A DNA stretch of 64,000 bases from Kofleriaceae bacterium (GTDB lineage: Bacteria; Myxococcota_A; Polyangia; Haliangiales; Haliangiaceae): positions 42,572 through 106,571 of the forward strand of contig CBDCCZ010000039.1 of NCBI GenBank assembly GCA_965215005.1, written 5' to 3'. Both the position numbers and the translations under genes were made by a program. The notes under the pieces are model-generated. The model saw nothing but the letters and a program-made list of their open reading frames with translations. It ran no database searches and had not been told where the DNA came from. Positions 56,262 through 64,000 of the stretch are shown here, one piece after another (the stretch's first letter is position 1; every line of letters starts with the position of its first letter).

Positions 56262-56738
56262 TCAGGCCGACTCGTCAGTCGCCGCCGCCATGAAGCTCTC
56301 AACCTCCGGCGGCACCGTGCCGCGGGCCAGACGGGTCGGCGCCTCGGCGGCCGCACGAATCCATCCTGGTGCGCCACAGGCGATGTTTGCCCCTAGCACT
56401 GCCAAACACAAGCGGCGCACCGCCGGCCTCGGGTCCATCGCCCACGACGCCAGCCAATACGTCGCTTCCAGCGGTCCCGCGGCGTGGAGCGAGCGCGCCA
56501 CGCTGCTCGCAAGACCGTAGAGCTCAGGATCGGTGGGCTCGCTACTCGCCGCCGCCGTTATTGCCTCGAGCAGAGGGCGCGCAGCAGCCGCTGCCGCGAC
56601 GCGGGCAGCACCTCGCGCGGGCAGCGTTTCGTCTCCGAGTTCATTCCAAGATCGGCTCACAAGCGACTCCTCGTCGAATGCGACCTGGCCGCATGAGCTC
56701 CTGCTTGCGGCAGAAGCGGCGGGCGGCGCGCGGCCCAT
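56262..56738 (-). CDS. Hypothetical protein (uncertain)
   Basis: 158-aa Ala-rich ORF filling the gap between convergent genes; no recognised motif. Confidence 0.35.
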   Translation of the reverse strand: MGRAPPAASAASRSSCGQVAFDEESLVSRSWNELGDETLPARGAARVAAAAAARPLLEAITAAASSEPTDPELYGLASSVARSLHAAGPLEATYWLASWAMDPRPAVRRLCLAVLGANIACGAPGWIRAAAEAPTRLARGTVPPEVESFMAAATDESA

Positions 56739-56907
56739 GGACCGGCCAAACCATGCCGATTGAGGCAGCGAAGGTCTTCCAGCAGACCCAGGCGCGCATC
56801 CGCTCGTCCATCCAGCTGCAACTATACCCTGCGCTCCTCGCGATTCAGCCGGCTATTTTTGCCTGCGCGCTGCGTCATACGGCCTCTGGGCCGACGCAGG
56901 CAATGAT

Positions 56908-57990
56908 TCAAAGCCCTTCGTCGCCCTCAAAATCGTAGATGGCAACGTCGGTCGCCTGAGCGCGCTGCACGTGACGGTGCAGGGTCGTGCGTCTGGCCGC
57001 GGCAATCTCGCGGCGAATGTCGGCGCAAGAACGCGAGGGTACGGCGATATGGCAGATGGGGTCGCCGGGTTTGACGGCAGGCATCGTCGGCATGCCGATG
57101 ATGATGCCTTCGATCGGCGACTTCACCGTATGCGCCGATCCGGTGGCCAGATTTTCCACCGTTGCTACCGCCGCGCCGCGAGCGAGAATCGCGCCCGGCC
57201 CGACGTGAAAACGCAACAGCCCGCCGCTCGGCGAGCGCACCCACAACGTCTTGGTCGCAACGGTTTGATACGCGGGCGGCTCGAGCGGTCCTTCGAGCAT
57301 GCCGAGGTGGCGCAGCACGTTGTGCACCCCGCGGACGCCGATGCGCACCACCCACGGCTCGATCTTTAGCGACTCGCCGCCTTCGAGCAAGATCGTCAAG
57401 CAACCGGACCGGCACGCAACAGAGCGCAACGTTGCCGCGTTGCCGCGTTGATTGACGATGACCTCGCAGCCAAAGGCACGTGCCAGCGGCTCAATCCCCT
57501 CAATCGCCAAGTTGGCGCGGATATGGGGAAAGTTGGTCCGTCCCGTCGCCGCCGTGTGCAAGTCGATCCCGTAGTCGCAGTTGGTGATGATCTCGCGCAT
57601 GAGCGTCGCGGCGATACGTGAGGCCATGCTGCCGCGCGGGCTTCCGGGGAATGAACGATTGAGATCGCGGCGATCGGGCAAGTACCGCGCGTGGGCTTCG
57701 AACCCCAATACATTGATGATCGGCGCCAGCACCACCGAGCCGCGCGTGAGCTCGAGCTGCTCGTTCATCAAGTCGCGAACGATGCCGGTGCCGTTGAGCT
57801 CATCGCCATGCACGGCCGCCGAGACGAACACCGCGGGACCGAGCTCGCGGGCGCGGATGACGCGCAGTGGAATCTGCACCGGCACTCCGGTGTAGCGCTC
57901 GCTCACCTCCAAGCGCAGATCGTTCGTAGTGCCCGGCTCGATTTCCGTGCCTGCAATCCGCAACACGCGTTGCGCCTTGACCGGACTCAC
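56908..57990 (-). CDS. Succinylglutamate desuccinylase/aspartoacylase (M14-like) family deacylase, copy 2
   Basis: AAVHGDELNG, DLNRSFPG, GIDLHT, LEGG; C-terminal barrel-sandwich; AGGAGG RBS and GTGA overlap. Confidence 0.92.
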   Translation of the reverse strand: MSPVKAQRVLRIAGTEIEPGTTNDLRLEVSERYTGVPVQIPLRVIRARELGPAVFVSAAVHGDELNGTGIVRDLMNEQLELTRGSVVLAPIINVLGFEAHARYLPDRRDLNRSFPGSPRGSMASRIAATLMREIITNCDYGIDLHTAATGRTNFPHIRANLAIEGIEPLARAFGCEVIVNQRGNAATLRSVACRSGCLTILLEGGESLKIEPWVVRIGVRGVHNVLRHLGMLEGPLEPPAYQTVATKTLWVRSPSGGLLRFHVGPGAILARGAAVATVENLATGSAHTVKSPIEGIIIGMPTMPAVKPGDPICHIAVPSRSCADIRREIAAARRTTLHRHVQRAQATDVAIYDFEGDEGL

Positions 57991-58985
57991 AGCACCTCCT
58001 CGAGCGGCGTTGCGCGAACGACTCCCAGGTGAAGGATGCGCGCCCCGGTTTGCGCGACTGGATTGGTGCTCTTGCCGACCACGATGCCGTCTTCGGGGGC
58101 GTGATAGGTCCGCACTACGCGACCAAACAAGTCATAGATTTGCGCAATGACGTCGCCCTGCCGGACGATATCGGTGATGCCGGGAAACACGTGCAGAATG
58201 CCGCCGGTGTCGGTATAGAGCCAAAACGAGCGCGCGCACTCCACCGTTGGCTCATCGTCTTCGTCGCCGCTCGAGCGCTCCTCGATCATCTCGAGGTGTG
58301 CGAGCGCCGCGAGAATTCCGCGCCGGGAGGCGCGAATGAGACTGCGCTGAAATCGCTGCGGATCGCCCACCTCCACGGTGATGGCGTGAATGCCCATGTC
58401 AGCAGCGGCGCTGCGCAGCGTGCCGTCGCGACCGCGATTGTGCACGATGATTTGCGCGCCAATCAGGCGCGCCAGCATCGCCGGCACCGGCAGCGATAGA
58501 TCGGCGCGCACGTAAAGCGAGTTGACGCGCCCAAAGCTGGCGGTGTGCAGGTCGATGAGATAATCGAAGCGCCGCACGATGCGGGTGAGAAAACGGCTCG
58601 CGTAGACCTCGGCTTCGTTGCCGCCTTCGCGTCCTGGCATGACCCGGTTGATGTCCATGCCATCGCTGAACTCGCGTTGCTGCTGCAAGAATCCGGGCAA
58701 GTTGACCACCGGAATCGCCACCACGTCACCGCGCAGCTCCGTGGGATCGATGGAACGAAACAAGCGATGAATGGTGGGAATGCCGTTGAGCTCATTGCCG
58801 TGCACGGCGGCGGTGATTCCCACGACCGGCCCCGCCTCGCTCCCACGCGCCACCATCACCGGCACGGCGATGGGATTGGCAGTGCCATCACGGGCGATTT
58901 CGATGGTGAAGTGGTGATAGGTGCCGCGGGCGAGGGGCTCGAGCTCCAGGCGGCTATGCATGGGTATCGGCTCGTCGAGGCTCAA
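57987..58985 (-). CDS. Succinylglutamate desuccinylase/aspartoacylase (M14-like) family deacylase, copy 1
   Basis: [28 protein letters not shown]; start overlaps the upstream stop (TTGA). Confidence 0.92.
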   Translation of the reverse strand: MSLDEPIPMHSRLELEPLARGTYHHFTIEIARDGTANPIAVPVMVARGSEAGPVVGITAAVHGNELNGIPTIHRLFRSIDPTELRGDVVAIPVVNLPGFLQQQREFSDGMDINRVMPGREGGNEAEVYASRFLTRIVRRFDYLIDLHTASFGRVNSLYVRADLSLPVPAMLARLIGAQIIVHNRGRDGTLRSAAADMGIHAITVEVGDPQRFQRSLIRASRRGILAALAHLEMIEERSSGDEDDEPTVECARSFWLYTDTGGILHVFPGITDIVRQGDVIAQIYDLFGRVVRTYHAPEDGIVVGKSTNPVAQTGARILHLGVVRATPLEEVL

Positions 58986-60448
58986 CCGCAGAGCTCCTTG
59001 AGTAGCAGCTCATCATCGTTTAGCGACTTGAAGAGCCGCGTCTTGAGGCGGCCTTTTTGCGTGATGAGATCTTGCGCCAGCCGATCGATGGCGATCACCG
59101 ACAGCACGGTCTGGATGAAGCCTTCGATGAGGTCGTCGAGGCCGATTCCCAGCAAGTTGAAGTCGCGCCGATCCATGAGCATCAGGCGGTCTGCATCGCT
59201 TTGCCAGCCGCCATCGGCGAGCTTGTGCGAAAGGTTGGTGCCGAGCATGTCCCACGATGAAGCAGCAGGACTGAGCGTTTGCGCCAATGGCAAGCGAGCA
59301 CGGCGGGCGTAGATCGCCAGCGGCCTGAAGCCCTCTTCGGAAGAACACACCATCATGCGAACGTCGGCCACGTAAATCTCACCGCGTTTACTCGGCACCG
59401 TGCCCACGTGATAGAAGCGGCCGCGGCGCGACAGTGAGCTCCAGTTGTGGTTGCCGATCAGGCTCTGCACGATGAACCGCTCGTAGCGGTAATCGGTGTC
59501 CATGAACGCGGCAAGCTCGTCTTCATTGGTGATGGTAAAGACGCCCTGCCCGGCATTGGCGTACGGCACTTTGACCACGGCGTGACCACCGAAGCGCTTG
59601 ATCCACAGCGGTATCTCCTCGCGCTGCAGATCGCGAATCGTCTCCGGCGTGCGGATCTCAAGGCCCGAGCGAATTAGCTCGGCGTTGTAGAGGTCATAGG
59701 CCTTGGCGGCAACGAGCTTATTGCGCCCCCCGGCCAGACAGCCGATGACGGGATTAAAGATGAGTGTCTTGGTTTGGACGGGAATGCGATCCCATGGCCG
59801 CTGGGTCACGTATCGCAGCGCCGCCCGCACCGCACGCCACTGGCCCTCGTCGTCGCGCACTTGCAACACGCCGTCGTCGAACCGTGCGGGTGCATTTGCC
59901 TCACCGGTGGGAAACGGGGTGAGCCACACCGGCTCTTGCATCAGGTCGGCCAAGACCGCGGCGTAGCCCGAGGCTTCCGTGCTGTTCTTGTCGTAGAGCA
60001 CCGCGAGCTCGCCCCGCGGCAGCGCGCGGCCCTTGAGCAGCGGAACGAAGGCATGCTCGAGCAGCAGCCGATAGCCGCCCTGCTCCTGATCGTCACTGAT
60101 GAGCGGCATCGACTTGTTGCCCGAGGGGCACGAGTTGGTCTCGATGACGATCATCTGGCGATTGCCAGAGGCGGTGGTGACGTGAAAGAGGTCGGCGCCT
60201 GCCCAGCGCAGAAACTTGGCCTTGTACGCCAGAATCTGCTCGAGATGCTCCGGCACCACGCGCGGGTGCAGGTGGCAGAAGCGACTCACCACCCGCTCGG
60301 TGCTCATGCGCATGAAGAACCCGACCAGCGGATGCACCTGCGCGTTGAGAACCCGCGGATAAAAGTGCGCGCGCGGCTCGAAAGCACCCGGGTCTACGCG
60401 GCGCGCGTGGGCGGCATACAGATCTGTCGCGGAGAGATTGGTCTCCAT
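58982..60448 (-). CDS. Circularly permuted ATP-grasp amide/peptide ligase
   Basis: N-terminal GADLF...IETNSCPSG, then [39 protein letters not shown]...TNLS. Confidence 0.8.
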   Translation of the reverse strand: METNLSATDLYAAHARRVDPGAFEPRAHFYPRVLNAQVHPLVGFFMRMSTERVVSRFCHLHPRVVPEHLEQILAYKAKFLRWAGADLFHVTTASGNRQMIVIETNSCPSGNKSMPLISDDQEQGGYRLLLEHAFVPLLKGRALPRGELAVLYDKNSTEASGYAAVLADLMQEPVWLTPFPTGEANAPARFDDGVLQVRDDEGQWRAVRAALRYVTQRPWDRIPVQTKTLIFNPVIGCLAGGRNKLVAAKAYDLYNAELIRSGLEIRTPETIRDLQREEIPLWIKRFGGHAVVKVPYANAGQGVFTITNEDELAAFMDTDYRYERFIVQSLIGNHNWSSLSRRGRFYHVGTVPSKRGEIYVADVRMMVCSSEEGFRPLAIYARRARLPLAQTLSPAASSWDMLGTNLSHKLADGGWQSDADRLMLMDRRDFNLLGIGLDDLIEGFIQTVLSVIAIDRLAQDLITQKGRLKTRLFKSLNDDELLLKELCG

Positions 60449-60563
60449 AGAAGGCTCGTCGGCAAGCTCGTGGGCAGGACGCGCGCAAGATACCGCGACC
60501 GGCGCGCCAGGTACAGCCGGTGGCTGCCACGGCGGTTAATCGCCGCAACACCAGCCACTCGAT

Positions 60564-62132
60564 TCAATCGCGCGACGCGGTAGCAGCCGGCTCGATCGCT
60601 GCTGCGGAGCTCCAGTCGAGATGCAGGCGTCCGTCTGGGAAGATCTTACCGGTCTTGCCGAGCGCCGTGGAGCCGTTGCCATCGATGCGGGCGTGGACGC
60701 GTGTTGCCGGTTGCAACACCGCATCGCGCCCGCGCACGAAGCTCTGCTCGCGAACGATCGCCAAATATGCCTTGTTGAGCGCCATCGCGCGCTCACGACT
60801 GGGAAACAACAGCCAGGCAAGGTCGCGGTCGCCACCGCTGGCGGCGCGCCCAACCGCGGCTTCGTCGAGAACGTCGTCAGGAAAGAATCGCGTCAGCAAT
60901 TCGGCATTGGCGCGGGTTTCGTCACCGCCGCGCACGCGGCGAAAGTAGGTGAGGATCTCGGGCACCAAATGCCCAGCCTGCGGCCGATCGACGAGCCCGC
61001 GCAGGTCGTGAACCCGCCAGCCATCGGCGCCGGGCACTTTGCGCGGAAACGCGAACGTGCCGTCGACGAGCACTCCAATGCCGCCGTGACAGCCCATGCA
61101 GAACCGATGCTCTTCTTCCGTCTGCAAGCGCAAGCGACCCGAGGCATCTTCGATGAAGCCCTGCAGCTGCCAGCCGTACTTGGTGATGAGCCCCGCCATC
61201 TCCGAGCCGCGATAGACCGGCGTGCGACCGGCTTCTTTGTCGTCGATCTCGCGCTCCGAGCGGTTCTGCAGCCCCCAATCGTCGTGCAGCTCGACCTTGC
61301 GCGAATAACGCAGCTCTTTCATGCGATGCGCCATCTGCGTGGGCGCATCGGGATCGAGGTACCGCACCGAGTGGAGAAACTCAGTGCCTTTGGGATACAG
61401 CGACCAAATCACGTCTACCGATGCAGCGCCACCTACGAAGTGCGTGGGCAGCTCCGCGGGTGGCTCGGCAGTCGCAATGGCCCGCTCGAGGATCGCGAGA
61501 TTCTGCCGATATACGGCCTGTGACGGCAGCCCCGCCGCCGTTCGCCGGAACGGCGCAGGCAGGCGGATGAACACATCATCGGTGCTGCCGTTGGTCGGCC
61601 AGAAGCTGCCCAAGAATGGCTGATAGCGGATTGCGCGCCAGCCAGAGCCGTCGCGGGCAAAGCCTTCGGCATCGAAACCGCGCGAGAAATCGAGATCAGG
61701 AACGTAACCGGTGAAGTCTGCGCGGGCAGACAATGCCTCACGCAGCGGCGCATAGTTGTCGCCGCGAACGTACTCGAGCATGGCCGCGTCGCTCATCGAG
61801 GCGATGAACGGCCGCCGGTCAGCAAACAGGTTGGTCCAGTGATTGGTGAGGGCTACGTCCGAGAACGCGTACTCCTCCTGCAGCTCGACGTCGGTCCAGA
61901 AATGCTTGCCAACGGGTTTAGTGTGGCATACCCAGCACGGGTTGGAGTCGCCACCGGTCTGCGTGTAACACATCGGCGGAACCGCGGCTTCGAGGTTGCC
62001 GACCTGGCCGTGCATCGACGCCGCGAAGGCGAGCGGATCGTAAGATCCGCCCGCCGCGGGTTGGGGAGAGGCCTGCCGGCATCCGCTCACGAGAGCAGCG
62101 CTGCAGAGGACCAAGAGCAGGATCGGCTTCAT
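60564..62132 (-). CDS. Hypothetical lipoprotein with two CxxCH motifs, downstream of PhoX
   Basis: Signal MKPILLLVLCSAALVSG-C; CWVCH and CMGCH; 16 nt after the PhoX stop. Confidence 0.8.
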   Translation of the reverse strand: MKPILLLVLCSAALVSGCRQASPQPAAGGSYDPLAFAASMHGQVGNLEAAVPPMCYTQTGGDSNPCWVCHTKPVGKHFWTDVELQEEYAFSDVALTNHWTNLFADRRPFIASMSDAAMLEYVRGDNYAPLREALSARADFTGYVPDLDFSRGFDAEGFARDGSGWRAIRYQPFLGSFWPTNGSTDDVFIRLPAPFRRTAAGLPSQAVYRQNLAILERAIATAEPPAELPTHFVGGAASVDVIWSLYPKGTEFLHSVRYLDPDAPTQMAHRMKELRYSRKVELHDDWGLQNRSEREIDDKEAGRTPVYRGSEMAGLITKYGWQLQGFIEDASGRLRLQTEEEHRFCMGCHGGIGVLVDGTFAFPRKVPGADGWRVHDLRGLVDRPQAGHLVPEILTYFRRVRGGDETRANAELLTRFFPDDVLDEAAVGRAASGGDRDLAWLLFPSRERAMALNKAYLAIVREQSFVRGRDAVLQPATRVHARIDGNGSTALGKTGKIFPDGRLHLDWSSAAAIEPAATASRD

Positions 62133-62148
62133 TACTTCAGCGTGCCGG

Positions 62149-63999
62149 TTAGCGTGCCGGCCAGGTCGAGTACGCGCTCTCCCCCGGATGCTGCACGTTG
62201 AAGAACACCGTGCGCATGCTCGGCGAGAACGCCGGACCAGTGGCCTCCGAGTCGCTCGGGCCCGCGATGACGCGGAATGCGCGGCCATACGCTGCAGTGG
62301 CCGCATGAGCGGGGTCGAGGTCGAGGTAATAGACGCCGTCGGCGTGGCCGTTGGTGCCCACATTGCCGTCAGTGCCAAACCACACCCCGCCATCGCGGTC
62401 GATCATCAGGTTGTCGGGGTCGGCGGCCTCGAAGGTCGGGTCGCCGTCGCCGCTCGTCCCATTCCAGGCAGCCCAAAACTCGAATGTCGTGGAAGCGCCA
62501 GGATCGGCCGGATTGGCCTCTTCGATGGTGAAGATGGCGCCGGTGCGATCGTTGCGCTTGGGCGAGCTCTGCTCATGCTCCGCGGGGTCGAAGACCACAC
62601 CGTCTGCATCGAGCGCTACCTTGCGCGTGTGATTGGTGAACGCCACATAGAGGCGCGGGGTGCCGCTCGGGTCATTGGGATTCCACTCGACATCCTCGGG
62701 TCGATTGAGCTCGCGAATACCGAGCTTGTTGGCAGTGGTGAACAGCGCCCGACGCGCGTCGTCTTCGCTGGCATAGGCACCGAGGCGGTTCCACGAGACA
62801 TCTTGCAGCGCCTGCCCCACTGTCTTGCCGGGCTCGCCCAGGGCATCGGCATTGGGAACTACGTCGGTGCTGTCAAAGCTCACGTGCACCCAGCGGCCCG
62901 CGCCACGACGTGCCTCGGTCGGTAGCGAGTCGGTGCCGGCGAGATTCATCCCGGTGGCGTTGTCGAGGTCGGCAAAGTGGGCAACGTATAGATCACCGTC
63001 GGCGAGCAAGTTGCGAATCTCTGCTTTGCTCATGCCTGCGGTGAACGGCGCGCTCGAGACGAACTTCCAGATCCGGCCACCGCGGCGGTCATCGCCGCTG
63101 TACATCACGATCGGCTGTCCGGCGACTAGATCAAAGCTTCCGTCGACCGCGAAGGTCGCGTTCTCCCAGCGAGCGCGGCCGATGGCGCCAAGCTTTTGAT
63201 GACCCTCGCCGCTCGCGCCATCGTACGCCGCATCACTGGTCATCCCGGGATCCATCTCCACGAGATAGCCATAGAAATCACGGCGATGGCCGGCGTTGGG
63301 GTCGGTGCTGCGCGAGAAGTCGCCCGACGGCGAGGGCTCGGCGGCGAGCTCGATCGTCGAGCCTGCGTCAAACCCTTGGCCGGTCTGCAGCTGCTGATCA
63401 CCATTCCAAGCGGTCTCTAGGTCGCCGTAGTAGTACTGGACGTTCTCTTCGGCGGTGATGATGGTGCCCCAGGGCGTCTGCGCGCCGGAGCAATCGCCCA
63501 TGATCCCGGCGACCACGCCCGGAGCGAGCTCATTGCCCTCATCATCGTGATCTCGTGCCGCTAGCTGCATTCCCGTGACGGCGACGAGGGTGCTACTGCT
63601 CGCGTCGTAGCGCGTTGCCGAAGCGCTGCGATCCACCGTCCACTCGGCGGTGGCCGGGTCCATGACGATGCGAAACCACGAGCCTCCCACTTCGCGTTTT
63701 GATTGCGCGATATAAGTATTGACCTCGTCCTGCGGCCAGCTCGAGGCGCCAATCTGGTTCATCAACACGCCCATGAAGCGCAGCCACTGCGCGAACGTGC
63801 GCTGCTGCCCCGTCGGCGCGCTGGAGGTGGTCGGCTGGTCATTCGAGATGTACTCGTGATTGACCCACACCCATCCCGCGGTGTCGTCGCCACGCCATTG
63901 CGGCGCCATGCCCTCTTGTTGCCAGCCCTGCCCAAAGAAGGCGATGTAGTCGCCGTTGGCGCCGTACCGAGGCGACTCCACTGTGTTGTCCCAGGTCAG
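62149..63999 (-). CDS. phoX: PhoX (DUF839) family alkaline phosphatase, partial (5' end outside window)
   Basis: WVNHEY, DCSG..TPWGT..TAEEN, GR..WEN, GDD, NRPED, PDN, TDG, EATGP.FSP, NVQHPGE; frame open to the window edge. Confidence 0.88.
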   Translation of the reverse strand: MTWDNTVESPRYGANGDYIAFFGQGWQQEGMAPQWRGDDTAGWVWVNHEYISNDQPTTSSAPTGQQRTFAQWLRFMGVLMNQIGASSWPQDEVNTYIAQSKREVGGSWFRIVMDPATAEWTVDRSASATRYDASSSTLVAVTGMQLAARDHDDEGNELAPGVVAGIMGDCSGAQTPWGTIITAEENVQYYYGDLETAWNGDQQLQTGQGFDAGSTIELAAEPSPSGDFSRSTDPNAGHRRDFYGYLVEMDPGMTSDAAYDGASGEGHQKLGAIGRARWENATFAVDGSFDLVAGQPIVMYSGDDRRGGRIWKFVSSAPFTAGMSKAEIRNLLADGDLYVAHFADLDNATGMNLAGTDSLPTEARRGAGRWVHVSFDSTDVVPNADALGEPGKTVGQALQDVSWNRLGAYASEDDARRALFTTANKLGIRELNRPEDVEWNPNDPSGTPRLYVAFTNHTRKVALDADGVVFDPAEHEQSSPKRNDRTGAIFTIEEANPADPGASTTFEFWAAWNGTSGDGDPTFEAADPDNLMIDRDGGVWFGTDGNVGTNGHADGVYYLDLDPAHAATAAYGRAFRVIAGPSDSEATGPAFSPSMRTVFFNVQHPGESAYSTWPAR

Positions 64000-64000
64000 C

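Noticed and set aside
60461..60476. Sigma-54-like box TGCCCACGAGCTTGCC 14 nt before the ATP-grasp start
   Set aside because: The invariant -24 GG is GC, so it is not called, although the spacing matches the near-leaderless pattern.

Overview
High-GC (about two-thirds G+C by eye) bacterial chromosomal window. Gene content (giant TPR proteins, Ser/Thr kinase-STAND ATPase fusions, many lipoproteins and c-type cytochromes, planctomycete-type cytochrome cluster, sigma-54 promoters) suggests a myxobacterium (Myxococcota); this is inference. About 42 CDS; no rRNA, tRNA or CRISPR array seen. Main blocks in order: two large helical-repeat proteins; two paralogous kinase-STAND-TPR genes flanking an Rpn nuclease, a beta-propeller/di-heme lipoprotein and asd; a tight operon of lipoprotein metallophosphoesterase + POTRA-less Omp85 barrel + exported atypical kinase-fold lipoprotein; an M15 cell-wall peptidase; a four-gene cytochrome c/PSD-domain/Tat cluster; a ten-gene CgeB/TIGR04290-type glycan cassette with a tandem CgeB-CgeB fusion; carboxy(nor)spermidine dehydrogenase/decarboxylase; TerC; an NtrC-type activator with a pseudo-receiver; a circularly permuted ATP-grasp ligase with two M14 deacylases; and PhoX plus a two-CxxCH lipoprotein. 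Best candidates for undescribed systems: (1) the exported kinase/phosphatase/Omp85 module, (2) the permuted ATP-grasp + twin deacylase operon, (3) repeated sigma-54 -24/-12 boxes 14-15 nt before start codons, implying near-leaderless sigma-54 mRNAs. Family assignments come from motif recognition, not database searches. Several starts were moved from the supplied ORF track using signal peptide, RBS, overlap or promoter evidence.
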